DNA of 42,851 nucleotides from Lama guanicoe (GCA_013239625.1 MU053695.1:1-42851); one strand, 5' to 3'; positions 11,701-25,150 are shown, counted from the first letter of the stretch. Notes: a model not told the origin generated them from the letters alone. Translations and numbers: made by a program.

Positions 11701-13039
11701 AACAATAAGATAAAATAAAGCTATCAAAATTTTAGAGGTTCTGAGCAGAATTTGAAAACAAGGTCTGGCCTGGCTATAAATCAGACTGAAGTTTTCCAAA
11801 CCAAACTGCATACCCTTGTGAGGACTCTCTGCCTGCCCCCAGGATTCCAAAGTGGGCAACAAAGCTTGTGCTGCCCAGATTAATCATGGTAAGTGAGATG
11901 CAAGGAAGGAAGGGAACAGTATCTTTGAAGAGGGATAATATGGTCTGGGTGACACTAAGCCCTTTGACCTCTGGAGAAAATATTTCCTTTTGTAGTGTCA
12001 TGCCCTCTGAATAACATGAAGGGCCAATAAATAGTTATTTCATATACCATTATGTAGGAGGTATGAAGTTACCTCTAATTTTAATAAATGCAGTCACAAA
12101 TGCATTTTAATACCTTACTAATTATATCTAATACCAGACAATGTTATGATGATTACATAAAATGTTCCTGTTAGAGCATGACTCTAATATTAATTAAAGT
12201 AAACTAAATAGCAAGGATATTGTCCATTCCAGACCATGTCCCCTTGTGCTTTGCACCACAAGTTTTACTGACCATTCCATAGTTCACTGAATTGTGTCCT
12301 CTGCTCTTTTAAATCCTCACTTCATAGTAGGAGCCCATCATTAAGTTCTTTGTTCAAGAAGATTTTAGAATTTTGGTAGAATTTTGTCTTTTTTCACTAA
12401 TTTTCAGGAACAGTTTTCTCATTTGAGCTTCAAATCTTCCTGTGTTATTAGGTAAACTCAAAATTCTCTATAGACTTTTCCTAAACCAAGCAACACATTT
12501 GATTACTAGAGAAATGGCACTATTTCTGATAGGAGTTATTCTCTCTCTGCAAGTGAAAAGTTTGAAAGCAAAACTTCCTCAGGGAGGCATCTTAACTGTG
12601 TCCACTTCATCTCCACTGTATGAAGATGGAGATGTGGACCCAGAACTGAAGCACAACTTGATCTTTAGATTCTGTTCAAATATGTTTTCAACTGGATCAG
12701 CCTAGAAAACTTTGGGGAAACAAAAATTCAAGCCATGACTGTACAGAATTCACGTGTCTTAGTGGAAGTCATGGACATTACTATATTTCTTAATAATGGG
12801 TGACAAAACTATAATTTTAGGATTTTTGTTAGAAGAATGCCAACATGCGAGATTGTGGCCATGATGCTACAACATCAGGTACAGCTGCTCCTGCCTGCAC
12901 CTCTGAGTAATTCTCTTCAGCATGTGCTGGTTCACATTCATCATTCAATTCTATGTAGAATACCATCGAGACAGGAGGGCAGGGGGCAGGGCACAACCAT
13001 TAAAAGAATGACATAGCTGTTGAGGAAATGGGATGGAAC

Positions 13040-14020
13040 AATTTGTTCTTCAAAAGCATTTTTGGTTTCTTGGCCTTTTGCATTTCCATATAAATTGCAA
13101 ATTCCATGAAAAAAATTAGTATTTTTATTGAGATTATATTGAATCTTGATATATTATATCAAATCTTCAATCTTGATGGAATCTTGATTGAACTGATATA
13201 TTGTCACTTAAGGGAGAATTAATATATTTATAATATTGAGTCTTTCAATCTGGAATTTTAGTGTTACTCCCTATTTAATTTAGGCCTTTTCAAATGTCCC
13301 TCTTTAAATTTTATCATATTTCTTCCTAGAGAATTCTTTTAGCTATTGTTAGTTTTATTTCTAAATATTTGATTTGTTATGCTATTGTAAATGGTGTGTG
13401 TTTAAACAGGTAATTACCTACTATTTCTTCTTGGTATATAGAAAAACATTTGGTTACAGTATATTGACATGATATATATTTATTTCTATGTATTGACATT
13501 GTAGGCAATATATTCTGTATATATAATATACTCTGTATATTGAATTTTGTGTATGGACATAATAGTTAACCAACTTGCTAAACTCTATTAATCCTAATAA
13601 TTATTTGAGAAGGCCATCCATTTCATATTGAATAGAAATAGTCATGGTAGGCCTGTTAGTCTTGTTCTTAAACAAAAAAATGGAAAATGTTCACTATTTC
13701 ATCATTAATTACACTGTTTGTTATGGATTTTCTTGCTAATATCTTCCATCAGATTAAGAAAGTTCTATTTCTAGCTTGGGAAGGGGGGTTTTGCTTTTGG
13801 TTTTGTATCATAAAATGATTTTGAATTTTATCAGATGTTCTTATGCATTTACTGAAGTTACATATTTTTTTTATTTTTTAATCTGTTTGTGTGTTATGCT
13901 GATTCATTTTCTAAAGTCAAACTTTGCATATCTGGGATAATACCAAATTGGTCATGCTGTATTATTCTTTTTATATACAACTGGGTTCCATTTAGAAATG
14001 TTTTTAAAAAGAATTCTTTA
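13040..14020 (-). mobile_element. Old L1 ORF2 region remnant, antisense
   Basis: ttgcatttccatataaatt...aatattgagtctttcaatc...ttgcatatctgggataataccaaattggtcatg. Confidence 0.7.
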
Positions 14021-14482
14021 TGTTCATTATTTCATGGGAATTCCCATTTTATACCTAAGAGTGTACAAAAGGTCAGATTTGATATGTGTTTTATGAAGTT
14101 GTTCCACTTCTGGGCAAAAATGATTAAATATACTGAAAACCACTTGTATAGTCTTTGAAGCATTCCGAGGAATGCCATTGTTGTCAGCACAGTCAAAGCC
14201 ATGCGTGTTCTTGTTAAAATTCAAACAACAGTTCGAAGAATGTTTCTGTATTTTCTCCAGTAAATATACCAGATGTGGAATAAGAATTGCAATTAGAGTC
14301 CCCATTTGATTAAGTTTCAATAAACTACTGCATACTCCAATATCTGCGTCCTTCTGCACAGAGCAAACAGGTGATTAAAGGAAGATTGATAAAGACAACA
14401 AGCCCTGAATTTTTCAAATCTTCACACTACCCTCTGCAAACTACCTGTCGAATGTTGGCATTACTTTTGCTTTACTATTTGC

Positions 14483-14975
14483 ATTAGTTTTCTACTGCTG
14501 AGTAACAATGTACCACACACTTGGCACCGTAATACTCATTTATTATCTGACAGCTAGGCATGTCAGGAATCTGGGCTTGGCACAGCGGGGTACTCTGCTC
14601 AGGGTCTCTCATGGCTGAAATCATGGTGTCAAAAAGTTTGGCATCCCATTTAAGGCTTGGGGTCCTCTTTCCAGCTCATGTGGCTATTAGCAGAACTCAT
14701 TTCCTCACAGCTATAAAACTCACAGGGGCTACATCTGCAAGGCAGCATCTCTCTGATGCCAAACTTCTGAAGAGTTCACCTGATTATGTCTAGTTCACCT
14801 AGGATAGTTTCCCTTTTCATTAACTCAGTTAACTGATTAGTAATCTAATGAGAATGATATTCCATCATCTTCACTGGTCCTGCCCACACTCAAGGTGAGG
14901 AGATTTTAGAGTCTATGTACAGCAGGTGGCAAAGGCCTGAATGATTGATTAGAATTCTGCCTACCAGACCATCCC
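14483..14975. mobile_element. MaLR LTR (MLT1-like)
   Basis: ttagttttctactgctgagtaacaatgtaccacac...catttattatct...gtcaggaatctgggc...ttagaattctgcctacca. Confidence 0.7.
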
Positions 14976-15549
14976 AGGGAGGTCTCAGGGCTTCCACTTG
15001 GCTCTTCCTCCCATAGCAGTCCTCCCTCACTCCCCAGTCTGCAGAGATCATGCGTGGATCATACCACTTTTTTAGTGTGTTTATTACCATTATATGTTCA
15101 GTAACCGCAGGTTAGATCCATGGTCACACTGAGTCCACTGAAAGACAGTCTCAGCCCAGAATGTCACTTATCACCTGTATGATAGAGCTCCAAGCTGTCT
15201 GGTGGATATTAGTGGTGCTTTGGGTCCCAGAAATTACCATCAACACAGAGCCATGTTCATAATTTCTGTAAAGCCTGGGTGTTTCCTCTTGCCTAGGACA
15301 CAATTTTATAATTGCCCGCAGAGCCCTCCCTTTGGTTCTCATCTGCAGTTTCCTTCTACACTCTGTGAACCAACCCTGACATCTAAGCTTCTAGGTTCTG
15401 AAACCCCAACCCCTTCACTTCGTTTCTCAAGCTCCAGAGGTGACAGCTGCTCCTTGTAATTTCCACTTCTCTGTTGCCTCACTGTTTGCTTTTTGCCTTT
15501 TTAGTCCTCCGTTGTTTGTTTAACCAATTCTGTGTTTTCAAATGTCTCC

Positions 15550-16500
15550 CCTACATGAGTGAACCCAGGGGACATTATGCTTAGTGAAATAAGCCAGTCA
15601 CAGAAGGGTGGATACTGCGTGACTCCACTTCTATGAAGACTCTAGTAAAACTCATAGAAGCAGAGTGTAGAATGGTGCTAGACAGTGACTGCTGGGGAGG
15701 GGGAAAGGGGAACTCTCTGCCAATGAGTATCAAGTTTCAGTTATGCAAGGTGAATATATTCTAGAGATCCAATGGTTAAGAATATTGTATTGAGCACTTA
15801 AAAACTCATTCAGAGTGTTTGTCTTCTACTAAGGGTTCTTACAATGGCAACAACAAAAAGGCACAATGAAACTTTTGGAGGTAATGGAAATATCTAATAC
15901 CTTGATTGTTGGTGATGGTTTCATGAGTGTATGCATATGTCCAAACCCATCAAATTGTATACATTCAATATGTACATCAATTGTATAACAATTGCACCTA
16001 AATACAGCTGTTTGAAATAAATAAAATAAAATACCTCTATTAAAATATCTGTTACAGTTCCTATTTGACTGATTGGAGTCAGACACACAGCCGAGGGTTC
16101 TGCAACAGTAGAATGGGTTAATAAACTACAGTATATTCATATAATGTATTGTTATAGTGAAATACAGTTGAACATTTTATTGCTGTATGTGAATGAAGCT
16201 CACAAACTCAATGCTGTGATAAAATGAATGCATATGGGGTGATTTCACTTCCCTGAATTCTAAAATTAAACCCTCTTTTTTTAGATGCATATATTGAGTG
16301 TGAAAATATAACAAAAAGCAAGGACATGGTTACCATGAGCCACAGAGGAGCAGATGCCCCCTGCGGAGAGGGAGGGCTTACTGCCAGTGGGAAGGACACA
16401 CTGCTGGGCATCAGCCATGTTTCCTGTCTTCTGAGTGCGATTTAGGGATGCTTTATACCCTTCTCTGTATGTGTGTCATAGCTCACAATGTGAAATGTTT
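15550..16500 (+). mobile_element. Adjacent L1 3'-end fragments (L1MA/MB/ME-like)
   Basis: ggacattatgcttagtgaaataagccagtcacagaag; cttgattgttggtgatggtttcatgagtgtatgc...aaataaataaaataaaa tail at ~16015-16032. Confidence 0.7.
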
Positions 16501-16639
16501 TGTTTGTTATTTTAACTCTAATACAGATGACTTTGCAACTTGAAGAAACTTGCAGCCTTAATTTCTATGAAAACTGTTTCTTCCCTATGTGCGTATTTCA
16601 AGCCCTCAGTCCTCTCACATGGAATTATGATGTTAAAAC

Positions 16640-17129
16640 TGTTGACTGAAATAAACACACAGCCTAAAAGTTAAGAGTTATGTTCTATTTGGCGGGAGGA
16701 CTCGAGCCAGGATGACAGCCTCTCAGATTGCCCTGAGGGACTGCTCCAGAGAGGTAGGGGAGGAGCTAGGATATATAGGAGCTTTACAACAAAGACCAGG
16801 TAGTTGGAACAATAAAAGATTACTTGTTATCTAAAGAAAACCAGGCATCAGGTTAAAGAATTTAGTGCTTTTCTATGTATGGGAGGAAGCAAACATTTGG
16901 GCTCACTGAATCCATTCCTTTGACAAGCATCTAGGTATCTAGGGCCAGTATCCTGTCCTTTCTTATTCTGAGTCAGCTCAGAGGGCACCATTGTGTGGCT
17001 GCAAAGGCTGGGCTGCAGGCCTGTCCCCACTGGGGGGTGGCGACAGCCACTGATGACTTGGTGTCAGCATCCTTTGTTTACTGATATGGTTGCAATATTT
17101 TCACTCACATTGCAGCATTTTCATTCACA
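16640..17129 (-). mobile_element. 3' LTR of the ERV
   Basis: tgttgactgaaataaa...tcattcaca; polypurine tract aagggggag on the minus strand at ~17133-17141. Confidence 0.85.
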
Positions 17130-20100
17130 GTGCTCCCCCTTGGTCCTAAATTCAACCAATATTTTGGGAGACATTTTGTGACCAATTTTGTCCCACGGTG
17201 CTAGGAAGGCTCATTCCTACTTCAGGTGAAGAATCTGTTGACATGCCACTCAAAGTGCCACTTTTGGATCAGGCCCTGTTGATACTAAAAGTTCTCTGGA
17301 TCACCTGTCTTGCTAATCTATTATGATCCAGGAGATGTTTACCCCTTGTTGCTCATTCCCATACCTACAATCACACTATTACAATTATTTTATACAGGGT
17401 TATAACTTTTATCTATTTCCTCAAGATGTTTAACCATCATCAATCTTGTTGGAGGCCTAGTTACACACTGGGAAATGGAAGAGACAACAATTTTATAAAA
17501 TAGACAGGATATAAGTAATACAGCCAGTAATTTTAATAAAGTCACAAGTAAGGATTTAATAGTTGAGAAGTTACATTTTAGGGTTAAATTGTTGCTTGTG
17601 TTTCTGATTGAGCTTGAGTGATCTTATAAGAAAATTCATATTTATGGTAAGTTTCAGAGCAGGTATTATTAAATGTCCAGGTGAGGTCTCCCACCTTGTA
17701 ATGTCAATAGTTGCCTACACAGAACTATCATTCCTTTTTAGAATAAATTTTATGAAGGCTATTAATTTAGAGCCTTGGAGTAGGGAAACCCACCAAGGTA
17801 ACACAGAAGTACTAGACATAGGTAATTTACCATAAACCTAACAATTGGAGTAGTTCATAATTAAAGGTGAGAGCAAATATCAAAATAATTGGTATATACA
17901 GGCCTGGTCCGGTGTCTTGGGTCAGCTGTCTAGCTCAGATGTCGTCTTCTTCTCATCCTGGCCTGGTAGCCTTTTCTCCATTTGGGCATTGTTTTAAGGT
18001 GAGCAGTGCTCTATAGGCCAGTGCACTGCAGGGGCTGTTTCTGACTGGAAACTGATCCAAAGGTCAATTTCCTTTAGCTTTCACTGTGCATGGTCTAGTT
18101 AAGAGTACCTGGTAAAGGGTCCTTTCATTCAGGTTGGAGACAGTTCTTTAAGTCATGTCTGTTCCAGTATGTATAACCCCCTGGCTGCAGGTGATGGGGC
18201 ATTGGATCTTTACCCAAGGATAGATTACTGAGCTTCAGAAACAAACATACAGTGTCCTTTTAATAATTCAATTAGACTTTGCAGCAATGTAACATAACAG
18301 CAAGGCATGATCTGGGAAGTATCTTAGTAAATATAGACCTCAATTAACACAAGTAGAATTTAATATCCACTAAAATATAATCTTTTTCTCTCTAAAGTTC
18401 ACTCATTTTTATCAAATATAGTCAAATCAAGATTAATTTGTTTACAAGTTAGGTCTTATTATTTGATCATAGGCTCTTTTAAATTGGCTGTGTTGGAACT
18501 TTTAATAAGGAGTCTCAGGCTAGAATGTGAATAAGGTTTCCTAAGGCCAGGAGAGCCACATCAAGTGGTTGTCACATATTTTTGCCTTACACATTTAGGT
18601 AAATTGTTTTCTCTTTAAGGTCCTAAAATACCTTTAGATTCCTATATCTCTTAGGAGATTATTTTTTTAATTTACCTGATAGCGCCACTGGGGATCTAAG
18701 GGTTTCCAGTCTCTGGAGGGATCAGACGGAGAGAAAAGATAACTGTTCCAAGTCTGCTTACATAGTTATAATTCATCAAATTGCTGTGAGTCATAACTAG
18801 CTTAAGGGGAAGAGTTTCTTTATGTCTGGGAACAGATTAAGGCCAGTAATATTTCAGAGAAAATCAAAAATTATAATCATATTCAGCAGTTTACTCAGTC
18901 CCATGTAACTAATCCTTTTGTTAACAGTGTTATGAAATCAGAGTTTTCATCAGAACTTTAACATTTCTTACCCAGTTTAGTTCAGTGCAATAGTTTGAAT
19001 TTTATTAGAAACCAGTAAATCTCCTTGAAGAGAAAGCATTTTGTAAAATCATCAGAATAAAACAATAACTGTCTTAAAATGACAAAAGATTTAAAAGCAC
19101 GGTTAAACACCGTTACACTGTAATCAATAAAGAAACCTGGTCACAATAACCAGAATTATGACTGGTAACATTTCAGATATACCAGAATTTTAGGGAGTCC
19201 ATATAAATTCTAGAATACCTATATTAATAATATTTTCTCATACAATATAACCTAGGAAGATTTATTATTCATTTGACAATACTTCCCATGTTATTTAACA
19301 TGCCAAATGAAACTTACTAGTTTAAAATCTCTCTTTGGGGTATTTCAGCGGTCCCTCTGTTGCATCTCAAATTTAACTGGAGATCAAAAGAACTTTAATA
19401 AGAAATTGATATTTGTGAAGCCTGTTAAAAGGTTTCAAAACACTTGGTCAGATAAAAGTATAGATTACTGTGGAAGAGTACTTATTCATTAACAAGAAAA
19501 TATTTCAAACGTAAAGGCAGAACAGATCACTTAAGGGGTATGAGTAGCTTTACAATCTGTTACTGAAGGCAGATTAACATTTTAAGAAAACTGTCCATTT
19601 AACAGAGAGAAAACCAAATCTAGCCTTTACCGGGTTATTTCTAAGATTCATTTACTATGACCAAATTGATTCTAAACTTAGTCAATCACGACCATGCACA
19701 AAACTCTTTCCTCAGGGATCCTCTTCCACAAGCCTTCCACGACTTTCTATACTCATATTATTTTGTCCCTTATTTTCTCTTTCATTCAGAAGTAACCAGC
19801 TTCAGGACAAAGTTACTTTTTTCCATTAACAAAATATAATTCCATTCCTTTTATCTTCCTTTACACATTCACCTTATTTTCCTAGGATACTGAGAGATTT
19901 CCCTTAATAGTAGAGAATATTTCAGGGTGGCACCAAACATTTATTCATATTTTTAAACTCCTTTAGTTTCTCTGTGAGAGGAAGTCAAATGTTAAGTAAG
20001 TAATATTTTAATCTTATTTTATCTGAAAATGGCATAGCTATTTAATAAACTCCCATCATTTAACTCAATTTAGCACAACTCTAGAATTTAAAGATACCAA

Positions 20101-22614
20101 ATATTTAGAGATTATTTTAAGCATACATTTTTAGAAATATGTTTTTTAAAAAAATTTACCCAAAACATCTCATCTCATTAGCATTTAATTTACTAAGAAT
20201 TTTATCACACTACATTACTATTATGATTATTGTTGCTGTTGTTGTTATTATTATTATTTTGACAAATCTGCAACAGATATAACAGGATCTTATTTGACTT
20301 TCATTAAACCTAGGTACAGTAAGGGTATTATACTTAATATTGATGACTCTAAATATGTCTATATTAACTAGAACAAACTTAAACTAAACCTAATACCAAG
20401 CATTAGCTTAATATGGAATATTTTCCAGTTCACGTGAACCTTGAAAGTCAATTTGGATAGTTTTTATTTTAAAAATACTTAATTTGTAAGCTCTTTTTTT
20501 TTTTAACATCAGTTAAGCAGAGCTCTTTGACTTCGATTTTTTTTTTTTAGGAGTAGAAATATCTCAAATGTATATGTACAAAGACTTATAAACAGACAAA
20601 AGCTAGAGATCTCATAGCTTCACTTTAAAACTTACTTAGAAGTTAGGTATTACAATATAAATTTACTGCTTATAAATAACAGTTGGAGTAAGCTGAATTT
20701 GCTTGCTCAAATCACTAAGGCTTACTATTTATGAAAAAGACTTTTAAGATTTCTTGACAAAGTCTTAAGGATCCATCACAGTTCTGAGTTCTAAAATGCC
20801 AATAATTTCTTTGGTGTTAAGTTTTATCTCTTCGAGCTAATTAGGTTCAGTCCTAGGCCATTGTTTGCTGTATTTGCATTTCTGATCTGCATGACAAAGA
20901 CAGATGCTTCCAGTTCCCCAGAGAACTGCTCTGTCACCCAGGCCCAATTGTAGCTCCTTAATTTGCTTCTCTGTGTCAGTGAGAAGAGCCCTAAACAAAG
21001 AATTCCATGTTTTAAAACTTTAAGGTTTACTTTATCATGTCTTCAAAAGCTTTCAGAAGGCAATTAGTAAGATCTCTTTTCCAGGAGTTACAAGTTAAAC
21101 CCAGGATAAATCCTCTTTTTTGTTTGTTTGTTTGTTAAGAAAGAAATCTTTTGACATTTTTACATTTCTTTTTCCACTTACTCAACCTAATTAACATTAA
21201 TTATTCTAATATTTTAAATAGCATCTCTAATACCACTGAGGGGAAAGGAAAAACACAAATGTAGCTTTTCAAACCTTTTTTTTTTTTAAACTAAGTTGTT
21301 AGGTTAACCATTAGATATATTTTTCCACCTTTAAACTTGATTGATTTTAATAGGTACCAATAAAACCGCTGTTTATAATGAGAGCTCTTCACTTTCACCA
21401 ATTTAGAAGTTTTTCCAAATTAAAGGAACCATCATATGGCCATCAATTAATATATATATATAGTGATTTAAAACAAATAAGATAAAGAGGCTTTTCCACA
21501 TGAGAGTGAGGGTGTTGCCTAAATAAAGTTCAAAAGTTTACTCCCCAAAAGGTAAAGGCCTTTGTGGTCCAGGCTGATGAAACAAAGGTTAAAATGTCAA
21601 AATGCCTGAGAACTGGTACAATCAAAGAATTGTTGAGAATCTCAATTTATTTCCTTGACCGCCATATGTACAGGATACTTGTACCTTTTACATAGCAGAG
21701 TCCAAGTTTTCCTTTAAAAAAAGGAAACACGTATATACATACATACACATACATAGAACACCCAGAGAAAAATAAAATATTTACATTTCAAGGACACAGG
21801 AAGAGAAATCCAAGTTCCCCCTAAAGGGGCTTTTGTTTTTATAAGGTTAGAATTCCAGAAAATGTTTTTATCAGGCCTGGCTAGTTACTTTCAGGGTAAG
21901 AATTTTTTTTTTAATTTCCAATTAATGTTGTAAGTTTTGTATGTACGTAAATCTGGCTGGGTTATTCGTTGGAGGCTGGCAACCTGTCATTTCTTTTTCT
22001 TTTGTTTTGAAAGTTCTATTTCCCATTTTAAGTTTGGGTTGTCAGAATAAAACAGGTAGTAGGTTTTCCTGCAGGGACACCTGCACGGCATGAGGCCTTG
22101 GCCTCTACCACTCCTGCAAGTTTCTCAGTCACCTGAGAAAGCTGTTGCCAGCCAGGAGGAGGGTCCCATTATTGGAGTTGAAAGTATTCTCTGAAGAGTT
22201 TTACTTTCATCCCGACAAATTCAATGGAGGCAGCCAAATTGAGGAAAGTGTTAGACCAGCCTCTTACCTAACCACTCAGTCCAGACCCCAGTATCTTTCA
22301 ACCAGCCCCACCCAGGACGTCTACACTGAGTGGGCATTTCCTGGTATCTTTCAACCAGCCCCTCCCCCACCTCGGACGTCTCCACTGGGTGGGTGATTCC
22401 CCCCAGTATCTTTCAACTGGAGGGCCAGGTACCTGGATACACCGCCAAATAAAACTCAGGATCATCAACCAATATGGGAGATCCGAGGACCAGGAGAGAC
22501 TCACCCAAATTCGTCTGGACTCCCCGAGGAGGCGGATGGGCACAAAGGGCCACTGCTGGTACCAAGGCTGTAGTTCCTTGGAGAGTTCAGGCGAAAGAGA
22601 GAAGTCTTCTCTGG

Positions 22615-22632
22615 GTCCCTTCGTGGTCACCA
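22615..22632 (-). promoter_or_regulatory. Primer binding site, tRNA-Arg type
   Basis: Minus strand TGGTGACCACGAAGGGAC, 4 nt from the LTR, complementary to the 3' end of tRNA-Arg(TCG) as recalled (one mismatch). Confidence 0.7.
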
Positions 22633-22636
22633 AAAT

Positions 22637-23105
22637 TGTTGACTGAAATAAATACACAGCCTGAAAGTTGAGAGTTATGTTTTATTTGGTAGGAGGACTC
22701 GAGGCGGGATGACAGCCACTCCAATTGCTCTGGGGGACTGCTCTGGAAAGGTAAGGGAGGAGCTAGGATATATAGGAGCCTTACAACAAAGACCAGGTAG
22801 TTGGAACAATAAAAGATTGCTTGTTATCTAAAGAGAACCAGGCATGTCAAGTTAAAGAATTTAGTGCATTTCTATGTATGGGAGGAAGCAAATATTTGGG
22901 CTTATTGAATTCATTCCTTTAACAAGCACCTAGCTACCTAGGGCCAGTACCTGTGCTTTCTTATTCTGAGTCCGCTCAGAGGGCACCATTATGAGTGGCG
23001 GCAGAGGCTGGGCTGCAGGTCTGTCCTCGCTGGGGGGTTATGACAACCACTGATGACCTGATTTCAGTATTTTTTACTGATATGGTTGCAGTATTTTTGT
23101 TCACA
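22637..23105 (-). mobile_element. 5' LTR of the ERV
   Basis: Repeat of 16640-17129; TATA-like ctcctatatatcc and AATAAA on the minus strand. Confidence 0.85.
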
Positions 23106-23340
23106 CCGGATACACCAGTCCCGGTGTATCAGCTTGCTGAGGCGGGGAGCGGGGGCGGGGGCCTTAGGTTGCTGTGGAGACGGGGGTAGGGGGCTGCCGC
23201 GGGGGAGCCAGCAGTTTGCTCCGCTCTCCCCCGCGGCGTGGCCTGACAGCGACCTCTGCTGCCCAAGAAGCCAGAAGCCCTTCTCCAGGTCAGCTTGTTC
23301 CTGGGAGGCAGGTGCGGTGCGCTTAGGGGACTGGTAAGGT
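23106..23340 (+). promoter_or_regulatory. GC-rich promoter/first-exon-like fragment
   Basis: GC boxes (ggcgggg), X-box-like GTTGCTGTGGAGAC at 23168-23181, and donor-like ACTG|GTAAGG at ~23333. Confidence 0.4.
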
Positions 23341-23639
23341 TATTTATTATTAAAGGTGCAAAACTATTTACATGGGCTCTTATTTAGAAGTAGCTTTATT
23401 AGAAGACTGAAGGGTATTTAAAAGATGGAAAAATACCTATGATGACACCATCATTTTTATTAACTAAATATCAAGAGCTGTGCAGGGTTAAGATTTGACC
23501 CTTCTTGCAAGCTAGCAAGTTAGCAAGATGCAGTTTTGTGGATGCTGCCAGCGGACAGGAGACTCCGTCCTGGGTCAGAGACCAAGAACTTCCTGCCGGG
23601 ACAGCAGGCAGCCTGTGGTTCATGTTCATGTTGGTTCCA

Positions 23640-24260
23640 GGGTTCATTTCCTATCGCTGTTGTAACAAAGGACCACAAAGTCAGTTGCTTAAAGCAATAC
23701 ACACTCATTGTCTCACTGTTCTAGGGTGCAGAAATCCAAGGTCAATGTCAGTGGGCTAAAAAAACTGTGTGGTCTGGGTTATGTTCCATACAATACCTAT
23801 CTTTCCCAGCTTGCAGAGTTGCTCACGCTCCTTGGCCCAGGGCCCTGTGTCACTGTGACCTCTGCTGCCACTTCACATCTCTGTCTCTGACCATTCTGCT
23901 TCTCTCCCCTAAGGACCTCCGTGATGACGTTTGCTTACCCACAGTGATCTGCCATCCCAAGTTCCTTGACAGTCACATCTGCAGAGTTCCTTTTGCCATG
24001 CACAGTGACATATGAACAGGTTCTCGGGATCAGACCGTGGACATATTGGGGGCCATTATTCTACCACATTCTTCCTTTGGCCCCACAGATTCATGTCCAT
24101 CCCACATGCAAAATGCATCCACCTCATCCCAACACGCTCCAGACTCTCATTTACTACACCATCAACTTAAAGTCTAACATGTAGTCCAACTGTTATCAGC
24201 TCAAAAGGCCTAAATATTTTCATCCTCATCACCTAAGTCTGGCGTGGGTGAGACCCCGAG
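23640..24260. mobile_element. MaLR (MLT1) LTR plus adjoining internal fragment
   Basis: catttcctatcgctgttgtaacaaaggaccacaaa...gtgacatatgaacaggttctcgggatcagaccgtggacatattgggggccattattcta. Confidence 0.7.
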
Positions 24261-25150
24261 TGTGATACTTCTCTGCTCAAAATCCTGCAATGGCTTCTCA
24301 TTTCACTCAGTGGAGAAGCAAGAGTCCTTACAGTGACCTTACAGCTCTCTCCCCCTCCCCAAGCTGAGCTCACTTCCAGTTTTCTCCCTGGCTCACTCCC
24401 TCCAGGTGCACTGGCCTCCCTGCTGGCTCTTGGGGACATCAGACATGCACCCACAGGGTTGTTGCCCTGGCCGGTCTCTGTCCAACTCATATGCTGAAGT
24501 TCTAGCCCCCAGGACTACAGAACATGACCTCATATGAAAATAGGGTTGTTGCAGATGTCATTGGTTAAGAAGAGGTCATTAAGGTGGGCCCTAATGCAGT
24601 ATGACTTGTGTCGTGATAGAAAGGGGCAATGTGGACAAAGAGACACGTGTACTTGGGAGATGACATCGAGAGAAGACGTTTGCCTCCAAGCCAAGGAGAG
24701 AGGCCTGGACCAGCCTCTCCCTCCCAGCCCTCAGACGGAACCAGCCCTGCTGACACCCTGCCTGCAGACTCCCCGCCCTCAGGGCTGTGAGACAGTGAGC
24801 CTCTGTGGTTCCCGTCACCCAGTGTGCGGTGCTGTGGTAGAGGAAGCCCAGCGACTAGTACCCCCTTCTCAAGGTCCTCAGTGAGGCCAGATCTGGCCAT
24901 CTCATTTTAAACTGAAAACTGCCTTCCCCTTGTCTCTGCCCCAGAAACCCCCTCTCCCTGATCATATTATTTCTATCACCTTCTCGAATACCATATAATT
25001 CACATGACTGTCATGACTGCAGTTTATGTTCTGCTCCTCAGTCCTACAGGGACAAGGATCCTTATTTGTTCACTGACGGACCTCAGGTGACTTGAGCAGT
25101 ACCCGTGGCACAGCAGTCAATACAAATTGGCAGGATGGAAGGAGGGATCA
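24260..25150. mobile_element. L2 fragment interrupted by an MLT1 LTR (~24470-24850)
   Basis: ctctgctcaaaatcctgcaatggcttctcatttcactcag (L2-like); tagggttgttgcagatgtcattggttaagaagaggtcatt...ccagccctgctgacacc (MLT1-like). Confidence 0.6.

Larger units (their letters stand above)
16640..23105 (-). mobile_element. Non-autonomous class I (ERV1-like) provirus with two LTRs
   Basis: Direct repeats at 16640-17129 and 22637-23105 with TG...CA ends; PBS next to the right LTR and PPT next to the left LTR. The ~5.5 kb AT-rich interior has no long ORF but shows an integrase C-terminal remnant (KGP-YQVLLT-like, ~18090-18150) and env-like remnants (~17200-17850). Confidence 0.85.
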
